This document shows, in pieces, positions 22,890 through 32,850 of a stretch of DNA of 64,000 bases (its first letter is position 1; the number at the start of each line of letters is the position of its first letter). A model generated the notes under the pieces. That model ran no database searches, was not told the DNA's origin, and saw only the letters and a list, made by a program, of their open reading frames with translations. A program made the position numbers and the translations under genes. The stretch comes from Candidatus Melainabacteria bacterium (GTDB lineage: Bacteria; Cyanobacteriota; Vampirovibrionia; 2-02-FULL-35-15), in assembly GCA_023250195.1 (NCBI GenBank), contig JAHFBF010000001.1, positions 273,907 through 337,906 of the forward strand, in the 5' to 3' direction.

Positions 22890-23927
22890 CTAAAACTGCT
22901 TCAAAAATCTTAAATCACCTGTAAAAAAGTAGCGAATATCAGGAATCCTATACTTTAGCATTGTAAATCGTTCAAGTCCAAGACCGGCAGCAAAACCTAT
23001 CCATTCATCAGGATCAATGTTTACCGCTTTTAAAACATTTGGATCTACCATTCCACACCCAAGCAATTCCAACCATCCTCTATTTCCACACGTTCCACAC
23101 CCGTTTCCATCACAAAAAGGGCACTGAGCATCCAACTCAGCGCTTGGTTCAGTAAAAGGGAAAAAATCCGGTCTGAATCTTGTTTTAATTTCTTTTCCAA
23201 AAAAATTTTTAATGAACTCATTTAAGACCCATTTCATATTTCCAAAAGTAAGGGTTTTTTCAACAGCTAAGATTTCAAGTTGGTGGAAAAATGGCATTTT
23301 TCTGGCATTAATTTCTTCATTTCTGTAAACCCGTCCATGAGCCAGAACACGCAACGGCGGTTTCATTTTCTCCATAGCCTTGATTTGAATTGTAGATGTG
23401 TGGCTGCGTAAAAGTACCTGTGGAGCAACATTTGTATAAAATGTATCCTGTTCATCTCTAGCCGGGTGATCTTCCGGTGTATTTAAAGCCGTAAAGTTAT
23501 AAAATGCTGTTTCAACCTCAGGACCCTGAACCACTGTAAATCCCATACCCTGAAATATTTCAACAATTTCATTTGTAACAATACTTAGAGGATGTTCATA
23601 ACCAACTTCATTTGGAGCACCAGGCAGAGTAATATCAAATTTTTGCTCTGAAAGTTTACTTTCTAATTCTTTCCCTTCAACAAGCAATTTTTTTTCATCA
23701 TAAATGCTTTGAATATAACTTTTCAAATCGTTTAGTAATTTTCCATATATTGGTCTTTCTTCTTTAGAAAGGTTTTTAAGATTACTTTGTTCTATAATTA
23801 AAAAACTTTTTTCGCCCAAATACTTAATACGAAATGATTCAAGAGTTCTCGAATCATCAACAGATTGTGATTCTTTATTAATTTCTGTCTTTAATTTATC
23901 AATTTCTGCTTCTAATGTATTTATCAT
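22890..23927 (-). CDS. pheS: Phenylalanine--tRNA ligase alpha subunit
   Basis: HPARDEQDTFY, LRSHTS, FPFTEPS, WLELLGCGMV, GLGLERF. Confidence 0.97.
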   Translation of the reverse strand: MINTLEAEIDKLKTEINKESQSVDDSRTLESFRIKYLGEKSFLIIEQSNLKNLSKEERPIYGKLLNDLKSYIQSIYDEKKLLVEGKELESKLSEQKFDITLPGAPNEVGYEHPLSIVTNEIVEIFQGMGFTVVQGPEVETAFYNFTALNTPEDHPARDEQDTFYTNVAPQVLLRSHTSTIQIKAMEKMKPPLRVLAHGRVYRNEEINARKMPFFHQLEILAVEKTLTFGNMKWVLNEFIKNFFGKEIKTRFRPDFFPFTEPSAELDAQCPFCDGNGCGTCGNRGWLELLGCGMVDPNVLKAVNIDPDEWIGFAAGLGLERFTMLKYRIPDIRYFFTGDLRFLKQF

Positions 23928-24007
23928 GGTTTTATAATTTTCATAAACCTAAGACATATATTATAGAATAGAATAGACTCGTTAAACATTTTAGAATAAA
24001 ACGAGTT

Positions 24008-24098
24008 GCGTCATTGCGAGGAACGCAGTGACGAAGCAATCTCTAAAACGTAAGGAGATTGCCACGTCGGCGCTAAGAGCACCTCCTCGCAATGACGC
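24008..24098. repeat. GTCATTGCGAG-type composite palindrome
   Basis: gcgtcattgcgagg...gcaatctc..gagattgc...cctcgcaatgacgc in the pheS/nurA divergent spacer. Confidence 0.9.
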
Positions 24099-24126
24099 TA
24101 TCCGTAGAGCCCCTCCTCATAAACCT

Positions 24127-25353
24127 ATGCCTCTTGATCTTAAAAAAGTCATTGTCCAGCTTAAAAACATTGAAAACAATGATGTTCAGAACATAAATAG
24201 AAACAGATTGGATTCTACCTTTAAGCTCTTTGAACTTGCCCTAAGTAATCAGGAAGAACTTAAAGCAAAGCTATATGAAACTCAAGAATCAAAAAAAGCA
24301 AACTTTTTCTTTGCAGTACCTTATAGCGATGGATCATTAGAACAAACTATAAGCTGTAATGAAAACTTTTTACAGCCTCATATAACTGTTGCAACAGACG
24401 GATCACAAATTAGTCCTTCTGCTCATGAAGTTACAGGCTCTTTTTTAATCAATATCGGGCTTGTAAGCATTCCTTACTTTGCCAAAGACATTCCTGTAAA
24501 TCTCTCGTCTGAGCCTACTATTTACAACTCTCAGGAAGAAATAAGTCCAAAGACCGCAAATGAAAATATTCAGGAAGACGATCTAATCTCTTATGAACGA
24601 ACTTTAAAAGAAATAGAAGAATTAGTCAAACTGGCAAAAAGCTACAGCAAATACAGTCTTCCAATCATAGCAATACTGGACGGCACACTTATTCACTGGC
24701 ATATTGAAAAATTCAGCAGCTATTTTATAGAGAACTTTATCAAAAGATTTTCAGATGCAATGCATGAATTAAAATCTCTTCGAATTCCTGTAGCAAGTTT
24801 TCTCAGCAACTCAAGATCAAACGATTTAATAAACATGCTCAGAATCTACAAATGCCCTTATGAATCTGTGGACTGTAAAAAACACTGTGCAAATCTTGAT
24901 TCCAGAAACCTCCCCTGTAATCCGTGCCCAGACTATGCTCCTGTATTAGACAGAAGGTTAGTTGAAAAATATTTTAGTGACAAAAAAATCAAATCAGGGA
25001 CAAGAACAGTTTTATTTAAATCAAATAGTAAAGTATTCAATCACTATCCTGATGATTTAAAGGTGTCATTTTTCTATATGAATACCGGATCTGAAATAGC
25101 AAGAGTGGAAATCCCATCTTATGTGGCTAATGATAAAGACCTGCTTGACTTAACTCACAATGCAGTTGCACTTCAGTGCAAAGTAGGATTTGGTTATCCG
25201 GTAACATTAAGTGAAGCACACTTACAGGCAGTAGTTAATAAGGCAGATCGTCAGGTATTTTATGATCTAATTAAAGAACGATTACTAAAAGGAAGACAAA
25301 TGCCGGTAAGACTTTCAAATAAAGAGTTAAAGAAGAGGGTTAGTTTCGTTTAG
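24127..25353 (+). CDS. NurA domain nuclease
   Basis: ATDGSQI, LDGTLIHW, ARVEIP, GYPVTLSEAH..AVV; ATG 24127 preferred because the longer ORF reads through the repeat. Confidence 0.85.
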   Translation: MPLDLKKVIVQLKNIENNDVQNINRNRLDSTFKLFELALSNQEELKAKLYETQESKKANFFFAVPYSDGSLEQTISCNENFLQPHITVATDGSQISPSAHEVTGSFLINIGLVSIPYFAKDIPVNLSSEPTIYNSQEEISPKTANENIQEDDLISYERTLKEIEELVKLAKSYSKYSLPIIAILDGTLIHWHIEKFSSYFIENFIKRFSDAMHELKSLRIPVASFLSNSRSNDLINMLRIYKCPYESVDCKKHCANLDSRNLPCNPCPDYAPVLDRRLVEKYFSDKKIKSGTRTVLFKSNSKVFNHYPDDLKVSFFYMNTGSEIARVEIPSYVANDKDLLDLTHNAVALQCKVGFGYPVTLSEAHLQAVVNKADRQVFYDLIKERLLKGRQMPVRLSNKELKKRVSFV

Positions 25354-25378
25354 TTTCGTTTAGTTTAGTTTAGTTTAG
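25340..25378. repeat. Pentamer microsatellite (tagtt/tcgtt)
   Basis: About 7.5 units spanning both convergent stop codons. Confidence 0.8.
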
Positions 25379-26358
25379 AAGTTGGATGTTTTTTCAGCCA
25401 GCATCACCGTAAATTCCCTTGCCTTTTTAGCAGAGTCTTTTGAAATCTTTTTTAAATCTTTTTTATTCAGCTCATCATAAAAAGCATTTAATCTTTCTAT
25501 ATGAGTATTAAAATCCATAAGACTTTTTACTGATTCGGGATCTTTCAAGCTATCACTGGCAGAAATTAAAGAAGCATTGACTTCATTTAAATGATTTAAA
25601 ATATTTGTTTTAAAACTTTGCAGATTATCAGAAACTTTTGGATTTGAAACATTTTTAGATATTTCTGTCAGATTCCCTGAAATCTCTTTAAAATCCCCTT
25701 TAAATGAAGCAGTAATATTCTTATCATTGATGACTTTATTTAATGTAGCTATTGACTTTTGTGCTTTAAGTAAAAGTGCATTGGCCTCTGTCGTTCTTTT
25801 TGTAAGTTTTTGCTTCATGCTTATTAAGTCAGCTTCATGTTCAAACAGATTATTTGCTGTTTCATTTAAAGACTCGGAAGCTCTGGAAAAAGCCATTCTC
25901 GCTTTTTCAAAATTTTCCGGAGTGACATATTTTACAACTAAGCCGGAAAAGTTTTTTAACCTATCTAAAAGATCCAGTGATGCATACAACCAGGATTCAT
26001 TTGTAATTGGCTCCTGAATAATATATGCTTTGTTTTTATCCAAATTTTCATCAGGAGGAATTATTTCAAGGACTCTACCCTGATTTGGTCTAAACGAAGT
26101 AATTGCTAATTGTGAACCAGCAGGCGGCTGTGGAACTGATTTATTAGTGATTCTTATAGTTACTAAAACTCCATCAGCAGTTGATTTTGTTCTAATTACT
26201 TCCCCTATTTTTACTCCCAGAGCAGTTACTGGAGCCCCGCTTGGCAGTCCATCAATATTTTTAAACTTTGCCTCAAAAGTCTTTTCCGGGTTGAAATAGA
26301 TATAGCTGCCAACTACTAATATAAAAATCCCCGGTAAAAGTATAAATAACCTACCCAT
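25375..26358 (-). CDS. MlaD/MCE family protein
   Basis: N-terminal TM; F.NIDGL..GAPV...GVKIGEV MCE motif; helical C-terminus. Confidence 0.85.
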   Translation of the reverse strand: MGRLFILLPGIFILVVGSYIYFNPEKTFEAKFKNIDGLPSGAPVTALGVKIGEVIRTKSTADGVLVTIRITNKSVPQPPAGSQLAITSFRPNQGRVLEIIPPDENLDKNKAYIIQEPITNESWLYASLDLLDRLKNFSGLVVKYVTPENFEKARMAFSRASESLNETANNLFEHEADLISMKQKLTKRTTEANALLLKAQKSIATLNKVINDKNITASFKGDFKEISGNLTEISKNVSNPKVSDNLQSFKTNILNHLNEVNASLISASDSLKDPESVKSLMDFNTHIERLNAFYDELNKKDLKKISKDSAKKAREFTVMLAEKTSNF

Positions 26359-26366
26359 AAGTAATT

Positions 26367-26864
26367 TTATGACTGTGGTGTATGTAATTCTTTCTCTTTA
26401 GTCTCGGCATCCTGGATGGCAGACTTATACAAGTCTTCATTATTTTCATTATAAAATATTGAAACTACTTCACCTGTAGTTGGAACAACTATACCAACAG
26501 TTGCAGTCCTGCTCTTATTTGCATTATAAAAATCAATGATTTTAAGATCCTTTGCCCACTTCTGTGAAACCTCTGCTTTTGACGGTGTAGAAACGTCAAG
26601 CTGAACCAGTTCAATTTGTGGAAAATCTTTAACAATTTGATCCAAAGCAGGTTGTATATTTTTGCAACCAGGACACCAACTGGCATAAATCTCGGCAAGG
26701 ATTATTTTCTTATCACCGACTTTTTCTTCAACTGCTTGTTTGCTTTTTGTGACTTGGCTGTTTGTCCCTTTATGTTTTTTGAAAAGAAAGGCAGATGAAG
26801 GATTATTTAGGGTAATCCCAATAAACAAAATTAACATTAAAATTAGAATTATTTTTCTAAACAT
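26367..26864 (-). CDS. Exported thioredoxin-fold protein
   Basis: Signal peptide; YASWCPGC. Confidence 0.8.
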   Translation of the reverse strand: MFRKIILILMLILFIGITLNNPSSAFLFKKHKGTNSQVTKSKQAVEEKVGDKKIILAEIYASWCPGCKNIQPALDQIVKDFPQIELVQLDVSTPSKAEVSQKWAKDLKIIDFYNANKSRTATVGIVVPTTGEVVSIFYNENNEDLYKSAIQDAETKEKELHTPQS

Positions 26865-27088
26865 TTACTCCTCCAAATTTTTTAGTTTTCCTTTAATTAA
26901 AGGATACATCTCTTTATAATAATATATATTGTAAGCTCTGGGGGTAAGTAAAACAGGCTACATCATTGTGAAGTAACTCTTCGCAATGATGGTTACCCGA
27001 AAAATAACACCACAGGAACATAACTTGCCAATTAGTTTGTATTATTGTTAGCATGTAAAGGTCAAATAAATAAAGGTTTTTTTATTAT

Positions 27089-27841
27089 ATGCAATTACAA
27101 GAGGAACTAAAACAAGAAAACGAATCAAATAATAAAGAGATTAAAACTTCATTTAAAACAAAAGCCTCATTACTCTTTAAAGAAATTATTGAACTTATCT
27201 TAGTTACGCTGTTACTTTTAATTGTAATAAGGCAGGGATTCATTGAAGCAAGATATATTCCAAGTGAATCTATGGTCCCCACACTAAAAGTAAATGATCG
27301 TTTAATTGTTGAAAAAGTTACTAAAAATTTAAGTCTTGTGGGATTCAATTTTCCTATTCAACGTGGGGACATTGTAGTGTTTTATCCACCTCCAGAAGGA
27401 AATCACGGTAAAGATTTGCATCATGATCCACTTAGCATTTTCGCCAGATGGACAGGCCTGCCATTTTTACCTCAAGATGATGCCTATATTAAAAGAGTTA
27501 TTGGTTTACCGGGAGATATAATTGAAATACACAAAGGAGAAGGAGTATTTATTAATGGAATGTTACTCATTGAACCCTATGTAAATGAGGTTCCAGATTA
27601 TACCTGTATAAATTTAGAAGATATACCTTCTTACAGAAGGCAGGGCAAAACCGGCAAAATCATTGTTCCAAAAGGACATCTCTTTATGATGGGAGATAAC
27701 AGAAACAGAAGTCAGGATAGTCACGTCTGGGGATTCTTGGACAAGAAAAGAATCGTTGGTAGAGCAGCCGTGATTGTTTGGAGAACATTAAAAGAAAAAC
27801 CAATTTTATTTCAACATACACAAAAGCTGCTTAATTTCTAA
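27089..27841 (+). CDS. lepB: Signal peptidase I
   Basis: IPSESMVPTL, RGDIVVF, YIKRVIGLPGD, MGDNRNRSQDS. Confidence 0.95.
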   Translation: MQLQEELKQENESNNKEIKTSFKTKASLLFKEIIELILVTLLLLIVIRQGFIEARYIPSESMVPTLKVNDRLIVEKVTKNLSLVGFNFPIQRGDIVVFYPPPEGNHGKDLHHDPLSIFARWTGLPFLPQDDAYIKRVIGLPGDIIEIHKGEGVFINGMLLIEPYVNEVPDYTCINLEDIPSYRRQGKTGKIIVPKGHLFMMGDNRNRSQDSHVWGFLDKKRIVGRAAVIVWRTLKEKPILFQHTQKLLNF

Positions 27842-27842
27842 A

Positions 27843-28925
27843 ATGCCTCCTAAAAAAGAAAAAACTGCTTACGTTAGAGATATTCACAAACCAATCAAAG
27901 GTTTTGGTCAATCTGTTTTCTGGAGAGCTTTCAGCCTGTGGTTAATAGTAAGTTTTTTCTTCTTCTTATATAATAATCATCCTTATTATTTAAATGATGA
28001 TTTTAATAATGCCAGAGTATTAATACGCAGTGCTTATATGATCTTTTGTGTTCTGGCTCTGCCATATACATGGTTTACACTAAAGTTTAACTACAGAATA
28101 AAGGATGATTTTCGTGACCCTTCGATAATATTCTTTGTGCTTTTAAAAAGAGTTGGTCTTATGCTTGCAAGCAGGGATTTTGGGCAGATTTCAGGACTAT
28201 TTACGGTAAAAAGATTTAATAATTTTTGCCTGACCTGCCTGGTAAAAGGTTTCTTTCTACCTCTCATGGCAATGTTTATGTTTCACCATGTAACCACGGT
28301 ACAGCAGTTAATGGTAAATGTTTCAACACCAATGGATGGAATACCACTTTGTAACTGGTTTTTAGATTTAATTTATAATCTCTTATTTGTGTTTGATACA
28401 GGTATTGCACTAATCGGATATGGACTTGAATTAAAATGGTTTGGAAATAAAACAAGATCAGTTGAGCCTACGATGTTTGGATGGGCTGTAGCACTTATGT
28501 GTTATCCCCCATTCAACCAAACAAGCAGTGTTTATTTTCCACTTTATGACAGGCAGGATTTTTTCATTCAATTTACAGAAGAACAAAAAATCTTTATTAG
28601 ACTAATTATAATTTTCTTATATGGAATATTTGTCTGGGGAACATTTGCTCTCGGGGTACGATTTAGTAATTTAAGTAACAAGGGAATTATTGGCCGCGGT
28701 CCTTACAGATTTGTAAGACATCCTGCTTATGCATCAAAAAATATTGCCTGGTGGTTTGAACATATTCAATACATGAAAGGCGGACATAATATCCTGCCGC
28801 TGCTGTGCTGGAATATGATTTATGCACTTCGTGCCATTACAGAAGAAAGACATCTAATGAAAGACCCGGACTATCGCACCTATATGAAAAAAGTTAAGTA
28901 TCGGTTTATTCCAGGGGTATTTTAA
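27843..28925 (+). CDS. Isoprenylcysteine carboxyl methyltransferase-like membrane protein
   Basis: Multiple TMs; GPYRFVRHPAY, RAITEERHL..DPDY..Y..KVKYRFIPG. Confidence 0.8.
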   Translation: MPPKKEKTAYVRDIHKPIKGFGQSVFWRAFSLWLIVSFFFFLYNNHPYYLNDDFNNARVLIRSAYMIFCVLALPYTWFTLKFNYRIKDDFRDPSIIFFVLLKRVGLMLASRDFGQISGLFTVKRFNNFCLTCLVKGFFLPLMAMFMFHHVTTVQQLMVNVSTPMDGIPLCNWFLDLIYNLLFVFDTGIALIGYGLELKWFGNKTRSVEPTMFGWAVALMCYPPFNQTSSVYFPLYDRQDFFIQFTEEQKIFIRLIIIFLYGIFVWGTFALGVRFSNLSNKGIIGRGPYRFVRHPAYASKNIAWWFEHIQYMKGGHNILPLLCWNMIYALRAITEERHLMKDPDYRTYMKKVKYRFIPGVF

Positions 28926-30340
28926 TTAGCTGTTCCGTTAAAGTAGGTTTGTGCCTTTTTCCAGACTAAAGCTCCTATTTTACGTCCAAGTTTGCGGGCC
29001 TGGAAATCACCATCTTTAAAATGGATGCCACCCAAACGGCGAGATAAACCAGCTTCATTTGCAGCTTGTGAAAAAGTTTTCCATGAAAGTGTTACATCGC
29101 TTTTTGGAATATTTCCCGGTTCAATTACTGATGATCCTGCAGAAATGGTTACATGATTTTCAAAACTATCATTTCCTGTAAAAGATTTTAAAATTTCTGC
29201 ACTTGCTGCACTAAAAGTACTATGACCTGAAACATATTCTGCAAATGCCGGGGTTGAAATATAAGAATTCCAATCTTGTCCTTTAATAGTTTGTGTTCCC
29301 AGATTAGCTCCTGCCCATGCACTTATATCTTTGTCTTTAAAAAGAAATCTAATTGCAGTTACAGGACGCTCAGAGTCATAAACACGTTTGCTGTTCCATA
29401 CAGAAATACCTGCATCAAAAAGAGCATTTCCTAACGCAAAAAACATTTTTACGTCATTATCAAGTGTATGACTATCTCTATTAGAAACAAACTGTGCAAA
29501 AAGGCACCAGTGCCCTGGAGGTGTTACTGTTGCAGGTCCATCTGCCCAGTATTCAGCAATTGATTTTGTTCTATCGTTTAGGTTTGCACTGAGCATGATA
29601 AGTTCTACAGCCTGATCCCTGTATCTTCTGCCAGGAAATGTTGCTGGTGCAGGCGGTAAAATTTGATTACCAGAAGTAAGAGCAAAAGGAATTATCCTTC
29701 CCCAGTGAGGAGTAAGAAATTTTTGCTCTTTACCAGTAGACGGTACAATAAGTGGCTGCCATTTGTTTGGATTATTAACTTCAGCTGCAGTATTACCCGG
29801 CACATAACCTGTGTAATCAGAATATGCCCCTGAATTTAAATCACCAAGCTGGTTTGAACCATCCATATGGCGAAACTCAATTACTGCATTTGCTGCTGTG
29901 TTTCCAATACCAGCTGGAGTTATTGTATCTATTGAAGTGTCAGAAGGATCAAATCCCAAGCTTTTCATTAAGTCATCAAAACTTGCTTTCTCAGTCGGCA
30001 AAAGATCAACTAATGCTTTGTAAGCAGCATAACTAACTGCTTTTGTTTTATTTTCATCTGTCTGTTCTGTCTCAGGACGTCTAAGTGTTCCACCAAGCCG
30101 AGTTCCAACTGCTTTTGAATCATATGCTGCCCATGCATCATATATGCAGGTATGGACTATAGCCAGTGCACGTGAGGCCATTGGCGGTGCAAGTTTAGTT
30201 TTGCCTACAGCCTGTAATAATGCTTGATTCCACTGGATAACAGCATTATCAGTGCTCTCAGAATAACCTGGTCTGCCGGATAAAATAACCACACAGAGCA
30301 AGAACAAAAATATAAAATGCTTAATTTGACTAAGTTTCAT
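28922..30340 (-). CDS. Secreted vanadium-dependent haloperoxidase / PAP2-like phosphatase
   Basis: Signal peptide; WNSKRVYDSERP, TPAFAEYVSGHS, SRRLGGIHF. Confidence 0.85.
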   Translation of the reverse strand: MKLSQIKHFIFLFLLCVVILSGRPGYSESTDNAVIQWNQALLQAVGKTKLAPPMASRALAIVHTCIYDAWAAYDSKAVGTRLGGTLRRPETEQTDENKTKAVSYAAYKALVDLLPTEKASFDDLMKSLGFDPSDTSIDTITPAGIGNTAANAVIEFRHMDGSNQLGDLNSGAYSDYTGYVPGNTAAEVNNPNKWQPLIVPSTGKEQKFLTPHWGRIIPFALTSGNQILPPAPATFPGRRYRDQAVELIMLSANLNDRTKSIAEYWADGPATVTPPGHWCLFAQFVSNRDSHTLDNDVKMFFALGNALFDAGISVWNSKRVYDSERPVTAIRFLFKDKDISAWAGANLGTQTIKGQDWNSYISTPAFAEYVSGHSTFSAASAEILKSFTGNDSFENHVTISAGSSVIEPGNIPKSDVTLSWKTFSQAANEAGLSRRLGGIHFKDGDFQARKLGRKIGALVWKKAQTYFNGTAN

Positions 30341-30481
30341 GAAATCTCCCTTTTAAAAATTTTATTTAACAACTGAGACAGTTGAATAAATTAACATAAA
30401 TAACTGGTATTTCTTTAGAGAATAAATTGAACCTTAGAAGAATTTAATCTTGTATTTATTTTTAAAAAGGTAAAACATAAT

Positions 30482-30582
30482 TTATTTTTTATAAGCGCTC
30501 CGTGCTTACGCACTCCGCTTTTATCGGTTAATTCCTTTCACTAGATCGGATTTGCCGAATAAATCGGACAAATCCTATAATT
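30482..30582 (+). repeat. Family E element, copy 2
   Basis: gtgc-ttac-gcac ... gatc-ggatttg-ccga-ataaa-tcgg-a-caaatcc. Confidence 0.85.
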
Positions 30583-30791
30583 GTGAATCATAAGAATTAT
30601 TGATCGGGTAGCAGAGGATCTTGTACGTGTAGGTTTTAAACCTGTACCTGAGCCACGCTCCAAATTTAACTAGCAAATTCTAACTTTTGAAATGCATCTA
30701 GATACAACTCATTTATGTAACTTAAAATTACATGCAATGACGTAACTAGTTATATCTCCAGATATGATAAGTTTAAAATATAACAACGAGA

Positions 30792-32630
30792 TTGGAAATG
30801 AAGCTTGAAAACCTAAAAACAATATTTAGCCTGGATATAAGAGCACTTTCAGTCTTCAGGATCGCACTTGCTCTTCTAATTATTTATGATCTAACAACAA
30901 GAGTATCAGATCTTACCGCTCACTACACAGACAGCGGAATATTACCAATGCAAGTAATATTAAATGATAGCCCTCTGTTTCAGTACCTATACATTCACTT
31001 TTTTTCAGGTAGTACAGGGTTTGAAGCTTTTGTGTTCGTCATTGCTTATTTATTTGGATTTTTGCTTCTTATAGGATATAAAACAAGACTTGCAACAATA
31101 ATCTCCTGGTATCTCTTAATTTCTCTACAGGCAAGAAATAATTTTATTTTATACGGTTCTGACTTTTTGCTTCGCATACTACTTTTCTGGAGCATGTTTT
31201 TACCACTTGGTCTATGTTATTCAGTAGATGGCATACTAAACAAAGCAAAAAAATATAAATCAAATTTAGTATTTTCAGGTTGGACAATTGGTTATGTTAT
31301 CCAAATTGCACTTGTTTACTTTTTTGCTGCAATGTTAAAAAGTGGTGCTGAATGGCATGAAGAAAAAAGCGCTGTTTATTACGCTTTAAACCTCGAAACA
31401 TATGCAAGACCCCTTGCTGAAAGCTTATTACAACTACCAGGAGAATATCTGAAACTGCTTACAAGTGCAGTTCTTTGGTTTGAGTATATAGCACCTTTCT
31501 TACTATTCTCACCAATTTTTACTAGTCAAGTAAGAATACTTGCAATACTTGGATTAATTACACTTCACATTGGGTTTAATACATTTTTAGAACTTGGACA
31601 TTTTGGAATTTGCTCAATTATTGCAATACTCCCTTTACTTCCCCTCAAAAACAAGGCAAACAATATTCTCAAAGAGGCTACCCAGCATATTACAGAAAAA
31701 ATAGCTGTGACACTTCTTATTCTTTACATTTTTACCTTAAACATTGCAACAGTAAATCCAAACTTCAAAATACATAAATCAATTTTCTGCATTGCTAAAT
31801 ATTTACAATTAGATCAACAATGGGGAATGTTTGCGCCGCATCCTGCCAAAGAAGATCTTTGGCCTGTAATTGTAGGCAGACTAAAAAATAAAGAGATTGT
31901 AAATTTGCTAACTGCTGATCAAAAAGTAAACTTTAAAAAGCCTGATTCTCTATTAGATCTTTTTCCAAACATTAGATGGAGATCTTTTATAAGTCTAATA
32001 ACAAAAACTAAAAACTTTGAATACTTAGGAAGCAACTGTAAATACTACAGCAAATATTTGTGTGAAGAATGGAATAAAAATCACATAGAAGATCTTAAGC
32101 TTGAGTGGATAGAATTTTATTTTATGCAGGAATCAAACATACCAGAGAAGAAATCAATCAAGCCAACAATCATTCCTGTATTGGACTACAACTGTAATCA
32201 TAGCCTTGCTATTGATATAAATTACGCAAGGATACTTATCAGTAAAGAAATAAAAACAGAATTTCCTAAGCCGTTTGGTGAACATTTATTAATCTGGGCA
32301 GAAGGTGCAAAAAAAGAAAATAATCAGAAAAAATATAGTGCTATAAAATCACTTATAAATTCAATAAGTAATGAAGGTTTCAACCATATAAATGTAAGTA
32401 AGGATTTAATAAACCTCGCTAATATTTACAAGAAGGAAAAAGATTTTAAAAAAGCAGAATTATTATATAAACTAGCACTCTTAACATGGATACAAAATAC
32501 AAAAGAAGGAGCACTAACACATATTCAAGCTCTCAAAAATCTTGAAGAACTATACAAGTCACAGAAAAGAAAAAATGAAATAGTAATCATCGAGGGTTGG
32601 GAAAGACTCCTTGAACTCACTATTAGCTAA
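30792..32630 (+). CDS. HTTM-domain membrane protein with C-terminal TPR-like helices
   Basis: LDIRALSVFRI, HYTDSGILP, RN.....G.D.LLR..LFW, QIALVYF..K.G.EW, LDQQWGMFAP; NLANIY...AELLYKLAL. Confidence 0.8.
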   Translation: MEMKLENLKTIFSLDIRALSVFRIALALLIIYDLTTRVSDLTAHYTDSGILPMQVILNDSPLFQYLYIHFFSGSTGFEAFVFVIAYLFGFLLLIGYKTRLATIISWYLLISLQARNNFILYGSDFLLRILLFWSMFLPLGLCYSVDGILNKAKKYKSNLVFSGWTIGYVIQIALVYFFAAMLKSGAEWHEEKSAVYYALNLETYARPLAESLLQLPGEYLKLLTSAVLWFEYIAPFLLFSPIFTSQVRILAILGLITLHIGFNTFLELGHFGICSIIAILPLLPLKNKANNILKEATQHITEKIAVTLLILYIFTLNIATVNPNFKIHKSIFCIAKYLQLDQQWGMFAPHPAKEDLWPVIVGRLKNKEIVNLLTADQKVNFKKPDSLLDLFPNIRWRSFISLITKTKNFEYLGSNCKYYSKYLCEEWNKNHIEDLKLEWIEFYFMQESNIPEKKSIKPTIIPVLDYNCNHSLAIDINYARILISKEIKTEFPKPFGEHLLIWAEGAKKENNQKKYSAIKSLINSISNEGFNHINVSKDLINLANIYKKEKDFKKAELLYKLALLTWIQNTKEGALTHIQALKNLEELYKSQKRKNEIVIIEGWERLLELTIS

Positions 32631-32631
32631 A

Positions 32632-32725
32632 TTATTTTTTATAATGCTCCGTGCTTACGCACTTCGCTTTTATCGGTCAAACCTCTCCCTGGATCGGATT
32701 TACCGAATAAATCGGATAAATCCTA
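32632..32725 (+). repeat. Family E element, copy 3 (direct repeat of copy 2)
   Basis: Near-identical to 30482-30577; ggattta-ccga-ataaa-tcgg-a-taaatcc. Confidence 0.85.
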
Positions 32726-32737
32726 CCTCTACAAAAA

Positions 32738-32811
32738 TCGGGGCGACACGATTTGAACGTGCGACCCCCTGCTCCCAAAGCAGGTGCTCTACCAAGCTGA
32801 GCCACGCCCCG
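32738..32811 (-). tRNA. tRNA-Pro (TGG)
   Basis: CGGGGCG acceptor, CCTGC-TTTGGGA-GCAGG anticodon arm, GTTCAAATC T-loop. Confidence 0.97.
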
Positions 32812-32814
32812 AAT

Positions 32815-32850
32815 TCAGAAATCAGTTGTCAGAAATCAGAAAATCAGATT
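32815..32850 (+). repeat. Solo heptamer array (TCAGAAA-like x5)
   Basis: tcagaaa tcagttg tcagaaa tcagaaa a tcagatt, 3 nt from the tRNA-Pro 5' end. Confidence 0.7.

Noticed and set aside
23928..24007. T-box leaders for pheS, serS or leuC
   Set aside because: No T-box antiterminator motif or adequate leader seen
24028..24126. N-terminal extension of NurA
   Set aside because: The GTG lies within the palindromic element; ATG 24127 fits the family start better
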